From contig CAWHAA010000004.1 in assembly GCA_963827275.1 (NCBI GenBank), forward strand, positions 224,001 to 288,000: DNA of 64,000 bases, given 5' to 3'. Under the pieces are notes generated by a model. That model saw only the letters and a list, made by a program, of their open reading frames with translations. It did no database searches and had not been told where the DNA came from. Shown piece by piece: positions 41,966 to 52,259 of the stretch (position 1 is its first letter; each line of letters opens with the position of its first letter). This DNA is from an uncultured Spirochaetota bacterium (GTDB lineage: Bacteria; Spirochaetota; UBA4802; UBA5550). The translations under genes and the position numbers were made by a program.

Positions 41966-42529
41966 TCACTCGCCGCCCGATCTTTCCGGGGCACGGGCGC
42001 CGCCGTCCGGGCCCTGCTCCTGGGGCGGCATGTTCAGCGGCCGCACGGTCTTAATCTGGTTCCGCGGTATGCGCATGATGCCGCCGGTCGTGAGCACGGT
42101 GTAGGTCTCCCCGCGCGAGGTGATGGCCCCCTCCACGGTTTTCCCGTTGTAGAGAGTGATACGGTCGACCCATTCATAGTTTGAGCGGATGTCGTCGAGG
42201 GAGAGCGGCGCTGCGGGCGGTGGGGCCGGGTCGGCGCCGCGCGAGGTGAGGGCGTAGTAGGCCCCGTACGAGACCGATGCGACGGCCGCGCAGGTTATCA
42301 GGATCTTTGCGATGAGGACGCCGGCCCCCGCCTTTTTGAGCGCGAAGTAGAGCGGGAGGAACGCGCCGTAGAGGGCGGTGAACGCGCCGGCCGTTTTCAG
42401 GACGCGGACAAAAATCCCCTTTTTCGATTCGAGGATAGAATCCTGGAGATCGGGCGGCACGGGCCTGGCGAAGCGGTACCTGTCCAGGAGCTTTTCAAGA
42501 AGCAATGTTTCCTGATCGCGCTTGTTCAT
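41966..42529 (-). CDS. Membrane protein, putative anti-sigma factor
   Basis: ATGA overlap with the ECF gene; short N-terminal domain, hydrophobic segments, Pro linker, C-terminal DRITLYNGKTVEGAI domain. Confidence 0.7.
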   Translation of the reverse strand: MNKRDQETLLLEKLLDRYRFARPVPPDLQDSILESKKGIFVRVLKTAGAFTALYGAFLPLYFALKKAGAGVLIAKILITCAAVASVSYGAYYALTSRGADPAPPPAAPLSLDDIRSNYEWVDRITLYNGKTVEGAITSRGETYTVLTTGGIMRIPRNQIKTVRPLNMPPQEQGPDGGARAPERSGGE

Positions 42530-43059
42530 AGCAGGTCCTCTATGCTCGTGATGCCCCTGGATTTCAGGCGCTCCAGTATCCTGCGCGTCACCTGCCGGTA
42601 CTTGTAGTGCGCCTGCCGCCTGGTCAGGCCGAGGTGCTTCGCCGCCCGGTCGTACGAATAATGATTTATCGCCACGAGATCGAACAGTATCCGCTCCTTT
42701 TCGTCCCGGTAATTCCGCGCATCCCCGATTGCCTCGTGTATGATGATCCGGAGGTCCCTGAACCCGTTCTCGAACGCGAGATAGACGTTGTCCTCCATGT
42801 TGTCGATGTCGATGCTGCCGGAGTCAGACCCCTCTCCCCTGCGGTAATAGTTCGAGATGCAGAACCTCATGGCGCCGAGGAGCCAGCTGCGCGGGTCGCG
42901 CACCTCGTCGAATTTGCGGTAGAAGCTCACGAATATCTCGTGGCAGATGTCTTCAGCGTCTTCCCGGTTCACCACCCGCGCGACAAGCGCGTTCAGTACC
43001 ATCGGGTAGTAGTCGCTGTAGAGTCTCCTGAATTCCCGTTCTTTCTTCGAGAGCAGCAT
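42526..43059 (-). CDS. ECF RNA polymerase sigma factor
   Basis: Region 2 (F..LY..Y, DAEDICHEIF, SWL...RF..SNYYRR) and region 4 (SY..AA..LG); GGAGG RBS. Confidence 0.88.
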   Translation of the reverse strand: MLLSKKEREFRRLYSDYYPMVLNALVARVVNREDAEDICHEIFVSFYRKFDEVRDPRSWLLGAMRFCISNYYRRGEGSDSGSIDIDNMEDNVYLAFENGFRDLRIIIHEAIGDARNYRDEKERILFDLVAINHYSYDRAAKHLGLTRRQAHYKYRQVTRRILERLKSRGITSIEDLL

Positions 43060-43216
43060 CCTCCCCGATGCTCCTTACTGTAGTAGTGGTTTTTTGTCGG
43101 ATATTACAAAAAATTTTTCCGGCGGGCGAAAATTTCATAAATCCGGGCTTTAAATGAAATAGGGCAATAGTGAAGATGTGTCCAGTAAAATTTTGTGTGT
43201 TATACGAAAATTGCGA

Positions 43217-43460
43217 AACTCCCCCCTGTCCCCCGAAGGGGGCATGCGAGATCATGCTTTTTGTAATGATCTTATCATTATCTTGCCGATCACTGCATTA
43301 TTATAAAATAGTCACAGCATTATTTTTTTACGCGACGACCTTTTCATTTTAATCATATCCTTCATGTTTCTAATAATACACCCATTGATTCGTGCCCCCT
43401 ATGGGGGACAGGGGGTTTTTCAGCTCCTTCACCCGTGCCCCCTATGGGGGACAGGGGGTT
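43217..43460. repeat. REP-like cluster: exact 27-bp direct repeat plus one inverted copy
   Basis: CGTGCCCCCTATGGGGGACAGGGGGTT at 43391-43417 and 43434-43460; inverted diverged copy at about 43217-43246; related copy at 15723-15747. Confidence 0.8.
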
Positions 43461-43527
43461 CTACACCTTCCGGGGTGCAGGATCTCATGCAGGCATGCAT
43501 TTTTATTAAATTTTTTCATTCCACCAC

Positions 43528-43556
43528 TTGACGAAACGGTATATTTTATGTATTAT
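43528..43556 (+). promoter_or_regulatory. sigma70-like promoter of trxA
   Basis: TTGACG-17 bp-TATTAT, about 60 bp upstream of the ATG. Confidence 0.6.
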
Positions 43557-43617
43557 AGATATTGTTAAAATACTAAAATACATGACGCGCATGGTGCGCG
43601 ATACGGCGAGGATAATA

Positions 43618-43971
43618 ATGGAACAACTGACGAAGGACACCTTTAAGGAAAAAGTCTTTGATTTCGAAACGAACACGGAATGGAATTATAAGGGAGAGCT
43701 TCCCGCGATAATTGATTTTTACGCGGACTGGTGCGGGCCGTGCAAGATGGTGGCGCCCGTGCTGCAGGAGCTGTCGGACGAGTACGCGGGCAAGATCAAC
43801 GTTTACAAGATCAATACCGACAGCGAGCGGGAGGTGGCCGGGGCGTTCGGCGTGCAGAGCGTGCCGAGCCTCCTCTTTATACCGGTCGGCGACAAGCCGC
43901 AGATGGCGGCCGGCGCGCTCCCGAAGAGCGTTTTCAAGGAAATCATCAGGGACGTGCTGAAGGTTAACTGA
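43618..43971 (+). CDS. trxA: Thioredoxin
   Basis: IDFYADWCGPCK, FGVQSVPS; GAGG RBS. Confidence 0.96.
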   Translation: MEQLTKDTFKEKVFDFETNTEWNYKGELPAIIDFYADWCGPCKMVAPVLQELSDEYAGKINVYKINTDSEREVAGAFGVQSVPSLLFIPVGDKPQMAAGALPKSVFKEIIRDVLKVN

Positions 43972-44010
43972 TCGTTAGTTGCTCTGACCCTCCCATAATA
44001 TTATTGAAGC

Positions 44011-44044
44011 AGGGGCGGTAATGGGCAGATTACCGCCCCTTTTT
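44011..44044 (+). terminator. Rho-independent terminator of trxA
   Basis: AGGGGCGGTAAT-loop-ATTACCGCCCCT followed by a T-tract. Confidence 0.85.
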
Positions 44045-44150
44045 ATTAACACTCATCGAATAAATGATTAAATATTTTTACTCTGACCCCGTGTTTTTCA
44101 CCTTTAAACTCGAAAATGCGGCCTGTCCGGGCCGGAAAACATGAAAAAAT

Positions 44151-44179
44151 TTGACATTGCTCCACCGGTGGAGTATTTT
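44151..44179 (+). promoter_or_regulatory. Promoter with a palindrome in the spacer
   Basis: TTGACA-17 bp-TATTTT; perfect 14-bp palindrome CTCCACCGGTGGAG at 44160-44173. Confidence 0.5.
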
Positions 44180-44309
44180 CATATGGTGCGCATAAAGACG
44201 AGGGCGCACCGGCGAGGTCAAGGGTATGCCTGTCGTAATTGTATCCTGGCTGCTGAACTGTTGGCCGATCCATGTGTAAACTATATGATATGACGGGAGG
44301 TTGTTATCC

Positions 44310-44483
44310 ATGAGAGTAAAGCTGATTCTGGTCCTGCTGGTGTGCGCGCTGGGCCCGGGACTTGTTGCCCTGACCGGCTGTAAAGAAGAGAAGAAGTCGT
44401 TGAGTCCGGCATCCACCCTGCTGCTGCTGAACGCCGGCCAGCAGACGTTTTTTCCGGTGATTCCAAAAGGCGTGGCAGAGTAG
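44310..44483 (+). CDS. Small lipoprotein (57 aa)
   Basis: GGGAGG RBS, signal peptide with lipobox LTGC. Confidence 0.65.
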   Translation: MRVKLILVLLVCALGPGLVALTGCKEEKKSLSPASTLLLLNAGQQTFFPVIPKGVAE

Positions 44484-44493
44484 GGGGCGGGAC

Positions 44494-45598
44494 ATGAATA
44501 AAAGAAAAAAATGTAATTTTAAAATCATGAAGTTGGTGGCGGTCGCAACGATGGTTATTGCGATCTTTGTCGGCATTTCCCATGTGGGTTCCGATAAGGC
44601 CGATCCGTCCAAGCTTGTCATAAATTCGACAGGATTTAATAACGCCTTTGCTGATTCACTTGGCTGGCAGGGTGTCAGAAGCATTGCAACGCTATCCGGG
44701 CAGCATCGCAAACCTTTAATACGCTTTACAATTCTATACACAGATGGGGTTTGTTGCTGAATTATAGCATTGATTTAAATGGCCCAATTGTCGGAACGGA
44801 TCTATTGGTTTTATGTGAGCTATTAATCATGGATGTAAATCCGCGACAAGCTCAGTTGATATCGGTCCGGTTGATTATACGAACGTTATTCAAATCAAGC
44901 ATGGGACCACGAGCGACGCCGGCGGCACTGAGATATTCCAGTTGTTTTTTGACAATCTGAGCGATTCGTCAGGCGGCAATGGGTGTCTTCTTATCGTCAG
45001 GCCCTATTATTTTGAAACGCGGGGACGATGTTTGTCAGCGACGGAGTTTTTGAAGGCAAGAATACGAAACCGGCTGCTGAGACAATAATGCACATCTCAT
45101 TCCAGCGGGCATCCCTGGAAAACAACCACTCTGGCGGAACGGTCACTCATATCCAATAGCGGGCGCGGAAAAATGATTGATGACGGGACGAATTATAATG
45201 TCACCGGCCTGGTATATACGTCATGTCGATGGCTCTGATATTGCCCATATGTATACCTGTGCATGCCGGCTCCTGGAAATACATATTACACGCTGGCTTT
45301 TATAGCACAAAAAGCTTCCCCGAGTTACAGTACCGCGCTCTGGGGCTGGAGTGATAGTGCGAAAAATGACCGGGTTTGTCTTCCGCTTTTAACAATCCTT
45401 TGGTAATTATGGATATTTCAACTCTACTCAGGGATGTGTTTGTGATGGTATGCCTGCTGCTGCAGATTGCCCGGAAAATTCCAGTTATCCCTCCGGTGCT
45501 GCTGTGAGCACCCTCTATATAATATGGCGAATACAGCCCAGGAATTTTCTGCAGCGAGTATAGCCAGCCCTGGTGTTGCATTTGTAACTTTTGATTGA
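44494..45598 (+). pseudogene. Multiply frameshifted low-GC gene for an exported protein
   Basis: Signal-peptide-like start; protein-like segments continue across frames (VDYTNVIQIK..EIFQLFFD; YYTLAFIAQKASPSYSTALWGW; GNYGYFNSTQGCVCDG) to TGA near 45598. Confidence 0.55.
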
Positions 45599-45693
45599 CC
45601 AATCGGAATGTTTTAATAAAAAAAGGGTGGCATGTGCCTCCCTTTTTTTATTTTGAACAATAATTGCGGTAATTATTTTACTTATCCTTCCGC

Positions 45694-46032
45694 CTATCCC
45701 CCGAATTCTTCCCTGAACCGCTCGCCGGTCATGATGGTGAAAAACTTGTTCAGGGTCATGAGCTCGAAGGTGTGCTGTATGCCGGGGCTCAGGTCGAAGA
45801 AGATGAGCTTGATGTCCGTCTCTTTTGATTTCCGCAATATTTTCACCAGCGTGGCGATGGCGGTTGAATCGACGCCGATCAGCTCGCTGCAGTCAATGGC
45901 GATGAGGCCCGGCTTCTTCGCCAGCATGTCGCTGAAGGCCTGCTCCATCTCCTTGATGTTCGCCAGGTTCCATTCGCCCCGGGCCGTGACGGTGATCCTG
46001 TTGCCCTTTTCCTGGTAGGATATATTTTCCAT
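45694..46032 (-). CDS. STAS-domain anti-sigma-factor antagonist
   Basis: IDCSELIGVDSTAI.TLV (phosphorylatable DS), LSP.I...FE.M.L. Confidence 0.9.
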   Translation of the reverse strand: MENISYQEKGNRITVTARGEWNLANIKEMEQAFSDMLAKKPGLIAIDCSELIGVDSTAIATLVKILRKSKETDIKLIFFDLSPGIQHTFELMTLNKFFTIMTGERFREEFGG

Positions 46033-46188
46033 GCCCCATACTCTGCACGGATAGAGGCAAATTGTCAAATACAATATTTTTATTGGTATGCCGGCCGGGG
46101 GGAAACATTTTAATAATACATGCGGGGTTGCATCCCGTATGTTGGTTAACTATAACAATTTTTTCAGTGATGCCTGAGCGTGAAAGGC

Positions 46189-46926
46189 TTACTTCTTGAT
46201 CTCGATCACCGAGCAGACCTCGCCCGTGTCATCGGAGGCGGACTTTTCATTATAGGTGTCGGGCGACCATTCCCCGTCGATTATGTACTTGTAGCGGTAC
46301 CCGATGCCGGGATAGAGTTTTTTCCTGAGGCGCCAGATGCCGTCCCGGCCCTTTGTGAGCAGGTCGTCCTCCGGGTTCCAGTGGTTGAAGTCGCCGACGA
46401 GGGACACGATGGAGGCGCCGGGCCGCCATACGCGGAACTCCACGGTGTTTTTACCGACGCTCCGCCAGGTGACCTGACGGCCCTCGGTCTTCACTGCCGG
46501 AACGGCCACCGACAGGTAGGAGCCCATGCCGTCATCGACCCGCTCCTGGTTCTGCGGGTCCGTGATCCAGGTGCCGTCCACCAGGTACTTGTAGGTGATC
46601 TCCCGGCCCCGTTCGCCCGCGGGCAGGAAATAGTACCACACGCCGCCGGCGGAGCGCTCCATGGGAACGGTCTTCCAGGCGCGGAAATTCCCCGCGATAT
46701 GGACCGACCGGGCGCCCCTGTTCCGGTAGGAGAAGAGCGTCCCCTCCGGGGCCAGCATGCTCTGCCCCGGCCTGCGGCCCGAGTATACCAGCCGTACCGC
46801 CTGCGGCGCGTCGCTCCGGCTGAGCGAGCGGAGCGAGCTCTGGTAGATGGTCCTCATTCCCGCGTCGTCATAGCTGAAGGAGAGGAACAGGAGCGGCAGT
46901 GCGGCAATCAGGGCTTTATATCTCAT
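46189..46926 (-). CDS. Exported protein with two CBM48/AMPK-beta glycogen-binding-like domains
   Basis: ARSVHIAGNF..W, YKYLVDG.W..DP.N and VSLVGDFNHWNP, YKYIIDGEW..D; N-terminal signal. Confidence 0.85.
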   Translation of the reverse strand: MRYKALIAALPLLFLSFSYDDAGMRTIYQSSLRSLSRSDAPQAVRLVYSGRRPGQSMLAPEGTLFSYRNRGARSVHIAGNFRAWKTVPMERSAGGVWYYFLPAGERGREITYKYLVDGTWITDPQNQERVDDGMGSYLSVAVPAVKTEGRQVTWRSVGKNTVEFRVWRPGASIVSLVGDFNHWNPEDDLLTKGRDGIWRLRKKLYPGIGYRYKYIIDGEWSPDTYNEKSASDDTGEVCSVIEIKK

Positions 46927-47309
46927 ATACGCGGACCTCTGGAATCCCCACGGAACATTATTTTTTTTGCGGCATCTCTATATCAGGAAATCGACGCATT
47001 GTCGATTATTCATTACGATTAATTGTCGGCCCGTTCCGCTCTCCCGGGAAAATGGCCGCAGTGTAAAAATATTATATAGTGTATTCTTATGATAAATATG
47101 TCGATACTTGTAATGAAAATATTTATATTAATATCGGGAACATCGAAAATTAGCGGCCTGTTTTACGGCCGGCCCGGCGACACGGCGGAAGTTCACCGCG
47201 AGGGCCCCCTGCCCGGGCGATGGTAAAAATTGATTGATTTTTATTGAGTACGCGTGTATAGCTGATTATGTCGCGTCTTGAGGGCCAAATACCGGTACCG
47301 GGAACAAGA

Positions 47310-50300
47310 ATGGCTGAAGTCGAAGAGATATCATACACCTCCGAAGAGCTCGAGGAGATCGAGCGGATCGTTGACCTGGTCGCGCGGAGCGGGAGGAAGC
47401 CCGTCGCGGCGCGCGAGCCGGCGCCGGCGCATACCGAGGCGGCCGTCAGCGAGCGGGAGGAAGCGCCGCCGCGCGCCGTCGCGGAAGAAGACTATCACCC
47501 CGCGCCCGACTCCTTCAGCGAGCCGGAAGACCTCGCGCTGCCCTTAACCGATTTCGATCACCTTGCAGCGGGTAAAACACCGGCGGCCCCCGCAGGAGAG
47601 GGCGCCGTCCCCGTCGAGGACATAACCGGCCTGCTCCACGAGGTGGAGGAAAAATTCCCGGGGATCAAGGGAACGCCGGCGCCCGAACCGCTCGAAGACC
47701 TCTCGCTCGAAATGGAGGAAGTCCCGGAAAAGCCGTCACCCGGGCCCGCGCAGGCCGGGGAGGAGAGGCTTACGCCGCTTGACGAGCTGGACCGCCTCAC
47801 CAGGGACGAGCCGGAATCCCTCGACCGCGCGGACCGCGCGCCGGCCGATACCTTTGCCGGGGAGAAGGGCCCCGCGCGGCGCGAGACGCCGCGCTTCGAC
47901 ATGCCCCCGGCGATGAAGGGGGGCGCACCGGTCGCACCGGTCATCGAGGAAGAGGCACTGCCCGAAGAGATGGCGCTGCTGGATGATATTGAGACGGAGC
48001 CCGCCCCCGCCGCGCCGGCCCCGGATGCGGGTATCGGAAAAGAGATACCGACCGATATACCCGATCTTTCAGAAATATCGTTTGATGATAAAGTCGAGAT
48101 GCCCGAGACGCGCGCGGCTGACGTGCCCGCCATCAATATCGAAGACGAGCCTGGCCCCGCGGCGGGGCCGTCCATGGACGAGCTCACCGACGAAGACCTG
48201 GCATCGATCAAGGACATGGGGGAATTCCGCGAGGAGCCGCTTGTCAGGCCCACCAGGGACATACTGAGCCAGGTAAAGCAGAAGGAAGAGGCCCGGGTGA
48301 CGACAGCCGCGCAGGAGACGCCCGCGGCCGACGAAGAGCCGTTTGAGATAGAGATGCTCGAAGAAGAGGTCCGGCCGGAAAAACCCGCGCGGCCGGCCGC
48401 TGCCGCCGCGGGGGGAGACGGGATCGATCTCTCCGACCGGGACCTGAAGCGGCTGACGAAGTCGATCCTGCTCTTTTCACCGTCTGTCCGCCAGGCCGTG
48501 AAGGACACGGTGATAAATGATCTCATGTCACCCAGGGACACGCGGCAGCTCATCACCATGATCCTCTCCGGGGCGCCGGAAAGCGATGTCCGCCGTTTCC
48601 TCGAAAACAAGCTCAAGAAGGAGATCCCGGTCGGGCCGGGCCGGGCAGCCCCCGGGCGAAGGGTGATCACCGCCCGTCCCGAGTACACGGCGATGGGCAG
48701 GGACCGCCAGAGGCGCCTCTTCACCATGACCAAGATCGTCGGCGGGGCGGTGGCCACCGCCTGCATCCTGGCGATCGTCGGCTACCAGTTCATATACAAG
48801 CCCTTCATGGCGCGGCGCATGATACGCGAGGGCTCGGCCCTCATCCGCGAGAGCGGCGACTACATGAAAAAGCCGAAAGACTACGCGAAGGCGGAAAAGA
48901 TCTTCCGCGACGTGGACGAAAATTACATCAAGGACTTCGCCGAGGGGTACACCGCGTACTCCCGCGCCTATTTCGACAAGAAGGAATACCTGTTCTCCAT
49001 CCAGAAGCTGAACAGGCTGTATGCGATCCAGAGCGGCAAGGAACGGGCCCATGACCTCTCGCTGCTGAACGACCTCGGCTATTTTTACTCCAGGGTGCCG
49101 GCCGGAGTTCTACAGCGGCATCCGGCTCAACATCGACCGGTGGTATTATCCCGGCAGCGGGAAGAGGCGTGAGGAGTGGTCGCAGCTTGACGTGGCGATC
49201 GAGTTCTACCGCCGTGTCCTGACCCGGGACAAGGAGAACATAACCGCGCTCTTCGGCATCGGCAACGCCTATTTTTTCCAGCGCGACTACTTCAAGGCGA
49301 AGAAGTATTACGAGGATATCGTCCGGCTCGAGCCTGATTCCGAGGTGGGGTATTCGGGCCTGCTGAACCTTTACATCGAGCGCGACGTGTTTGAAAAGGT
49401 GGTCGATGTGCACGCGCAGCTCGCGGACAGGAACATGATGGAAAAGGCGCCGTCGGCGCTGCTGGCGAAGCTGGCGTCCTATTACCTCGATAAGCAGAAA
49501 TCGGCAGACGCCAACGTGCGGATCGATTACGGCGTCCAGTCAACGCGCTTCAAGGACGCCGATGACAACATCTTCCCCGCCGTGTACGGGGTGCTCGAAG
49601 CGCTGAACAAGCGCGATGAGAACTACCCGCCCCTGCACCTGCAGTACGCGCGCCTGAACAGGGCGCAGAACAACCTGAAGCTGATGAAGATACACCTCGA
49701 GAAGGCGATCAGGCTTTCGAAGGACAACTACAACGCCGATTATTTCGGCGCCCTGCACCTCATGGGCGAGTACTATTACCAGTCGCGCGAGCCGGTGAAG
49801 GCCTACGAGACGCTGAACCGCGCCATCACGGCGGCGGGCAACCCGCCGGATTTCACGCGCGAGGATTTTTACAGGGAGACCGAGAGCACCGGCAAGTCGT
49901 ACGCCCTTCTCGGTAACATCTTCTATTATTATTTTGACAAGGTGCGCATGCGCTACGGCGACCTGGAGGACGAGGAGACGGAACAGGAAACCGACCGGCT
50001 CGCCAATTTCCAGATCGCGCGTGACAAGTACGAGAAGGCCCTGCAGGAGGGATATGAATCGTCGGAGGTGCACTACAACCTCGGCCGGGTCTACTACCTG
50101 GGCAGGCTCTACCGGAAGGCCCTGGACCAGTGGCTCAATCTCTACGAGGACTTTGTGGAGAAGCCGGAGATCATGTTCGCCCTGGGGAACGCCTTCTACC
50201 ACATGGGCAGCTACGACGCGGCCAAGGGCGAGTACCTGAAGCTCATCTCGGCGTATGAATACGACATGGACAGGATGAAGATCGCGCGGCGTGACCTCGA

Positions 50301-50562
50301 GGGGCACGTGAAGATGATACTGTTCCTCTCGGCGGCGTACAACAACGTGGGCGCCGTGTACCAGGCCCTGAACAACGAGGCCAGGAGCGACATCAGCTAC
50401 TGGAAATCGATCGACTGGGCGCAGCAGATCAACACCGACAACGAGTTCGCCCGGGTGAACCTGGCCCGCTCCTTCAAACGGCCGGGAGAGGGCGGCGAGC
50501 CGGTCCTGGACGAATCCATCCCCTACAGCCTCGATTATTACCGCGAAGACCTGCGCAAGTAG
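47310..50562 (+). CDS. flcA: FlcA-like periplasmic flagellar collar TPR protein (one frameshift near 49102)
   Basis: Long acidic low-complexity N-terminus, helical domain, single TM ending FIYKP, then TPRs; removing one G at about 49102 joins both ORFs (RVPAEFYSGIRLNIDRW...DVAIEFY). Confidence 0.7.
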
Positions 50563-50569
50563 CGGGCGT

Positions 50570-51031
50570 TCACTTCTTTTTCCTGCCTTCGGCGTGCAGG
50601 AGGACCGCGTACTCGAAACCGTCGATCAGCACGTTGAATGACGCCGCGTTGATGTTCTCGGAGAGCGAGTGCACCTTCCACACGCTGATCCCGTCGGTGA
50701 AAAGGATCGTCACCTCAACGTCGGTGCTGGTGCCCCGCTTCGAATCCATGATGACCGCGCGGAAATCGACGAGCTTTACCCTGGCGAGTTCCGGGAAGAG
50801 CGGGGTGAGCCCCTTCTTGAGCACGTTGGCAAGGGCGTCTACCGGGCCGTTGCCGGTGGAGGCCTCGTGGATGACACGGCCCCGGGATTCGATCTGTACC
50901 GTCGCCTCCGGCTCTATGCCGTTGTCGATCAGGCGGTAGCCGCCGACGATCTGGAACGGGGCCCGGTATTTCTTGAGCGACCGGGCGATGGCCAGGTCCC
51001 TGGAAGCGTCTTTGATGTCGTAATTCAGCAT
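50570..51031 (-). CDS. Stand-alone LeuA/CimA allosteric (regulatory) domain protein
   Basis: EATV, HEASTGNGPVDALANVLKK.L, VKLVDF, GT...V.V.I, W....SENINAAS...LIDGFEY; no catalytic barrel. Confidence 0.85.
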   Translation of the reverse strand: MLNYDIKDASRDLAIARSLKKYRAPFQIVGGYRLIDNGIEPEATVQIESRGRVIHEASTGNGPVDALANVLKKGLTPLFPELARVKLVDFRAVIMDSKRGTSTDVEVTILFTDGISVWKVHSLSENINAASFNVLIDGFEYAVLLHAEGRKKK

Positions 51032-51047
51032 GCGCGCACCCCCCGTG

Positions 51048-51536
51048 TCAGTGTATTGCGGTCCCGGTGAGAGGAGATATTGTTTCGCTCGCGCCCGAGC
51101 CGTATTTCAGGAGTATCCGGTCGGAGCGGAAGCTGTATTCGCACAGGTCGTCGTGTATGCGGTGGTACCAGATTTTCTTCCCGTCCGCACAGTCCACCTT
51201 GATTAAAAAAAATTCTTTGTTCCCGTCGGTGAAGATGAGGTACAGGTGTCCCTCGAAATGTATCTGGAAATACGCCTTCCCCGGTATGAACCATACGGTC
51301 GCCCCGGTTGACTGCGCCAGCGCAAGGAAATAGCCCCTGACGTCATCGGTTTCGCATGCGAGATAATACCTCGACGCGTCCTCGGTGACGGTGTCGATGA
51401 GGCTGATGTCGGTTATCTTCTTGATCCAGAGGTTCTTGCCGTTATTCGGCCCCCTGCACAACAGGACCGATTTGCCGCTGTCGTAGCAGAGGGTGCCGCT
51501 TTCCATCTCGAATATCTGGGAATAGGCCTGTTCCAT
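51048..51536 (-). CDS. Hypothetical protein with PQQ-like beta-propeller blades
   Basis: Repeated G...W motifs (NGKNLW, TGATVW, DGKKIW, LTG). Confidence 0.7.
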   Translation of the reverse strand: MEQAYSQIFEMESGTLCYDSGKSVLLCRGPNNGKNLWIKKITDISLIDTVTEDASRYYLACETDDVRGYFLALAQSTGATVWFIPGKAYFQIHFEGHLYLIFTDGNKEFFLIKVDCADGKKIWYHRIHDDLCEYSFRSDRILLKYGSGASETISPLTGTAIH

Positions 51537-51545
51537 CTATTCCGT

Positions 51546-52259
51546 TCAGCGCGAATGCTTTAACTTCATTCCTTGTATGATAAGATCGGCAACACCCTTG
51601 TTGGTGATGTTCGCGAGGTTGATCACCAGGTCGTAGTTGTGGGGGTCGGTCACGTCGAATTTGACGTATTCCCGGATATAGTTTTCGCGGCGCGCGGTGT
51701 TGTCGATTACCAGCTTTTCCGCCTCCTTCTTGGAGAGGCTCTTGGTTTTCATCACGTGGCTGACCTTGTATTCCATCGGTGCAACCAGGTGCACGTGAAA
51801 GCCGCCCGTCATCCCCCTCGTGATGACGTTGGAGGCGCGGCCCACCAGGACGACGTTGCCGTGAGCGGCGAGGATGCGGATGGTCTGCGCAAGCTTCTGG
51901 TACACCGCGACCTGGGGGGGAAGGTCGCTTAACATGCCTTTCAGGATATCGGTCAGGTCGCGGAGCGCATCGTCGGTAAGGGTCTTTACGAGCGAGGAGG
52001 AGATGTCCATCTCTTCCATGACGCGGTCGAGCACCTGGCGTTCGTACGCGGCCCAGAGCGGCTCCGGGGTCTTGTCCGCGTTGTTCATTATCGTGGCGAT
52101 CTCCTTCGCGATAGCATAGCCGGAGCAGCCGTATTCCCGCGAGATGGTGATAAATTGCCTGAGGCCTTTTTTTTCATCCGGCGCGGTGAGTGAATTTTTC
52201 TGCTGCTGCCAGTACTTTACCTGAGCGTTTATGTACTTGTCCATCGTAGAGCTGTTCAT
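51546..52259 (-). CDS. Cytidylate kinase-like family protein
   Basis: ITISREYGCSG, GNVVLVGRAS, HVHLVAP, DPHNYDLVIN. Confidence 0.9.
   Translation of the reverse strand: MNSSTMDKYINAQVKYWQQQKNSLTAPDEKKGLRQFITISREYGCSGYAIAKEIATIMNNADKTPEPLWAAYERQVLDRVMEEMDISSSLVKTLTDDALRDLTDILKGMLSDLPPQVAVYQKLAQTIRILAAHGNVVLVGRASNVITRGMTGGFHVHLVAPMEYKVSHVMKTKSLSKKEAEKLVIDNTARRENYIREYVKFDVTDPHNYDLVINLANITNKGVADLIIQGMKLKHSR

Noticed and set aside
43391..43460. Possible mini-CRISPR (two identical 27-bp repeats)
   Set aside because: Only two units, a 16-bp spacer, inverted and dispersed copies, and no cas genes; fits a REP-like element
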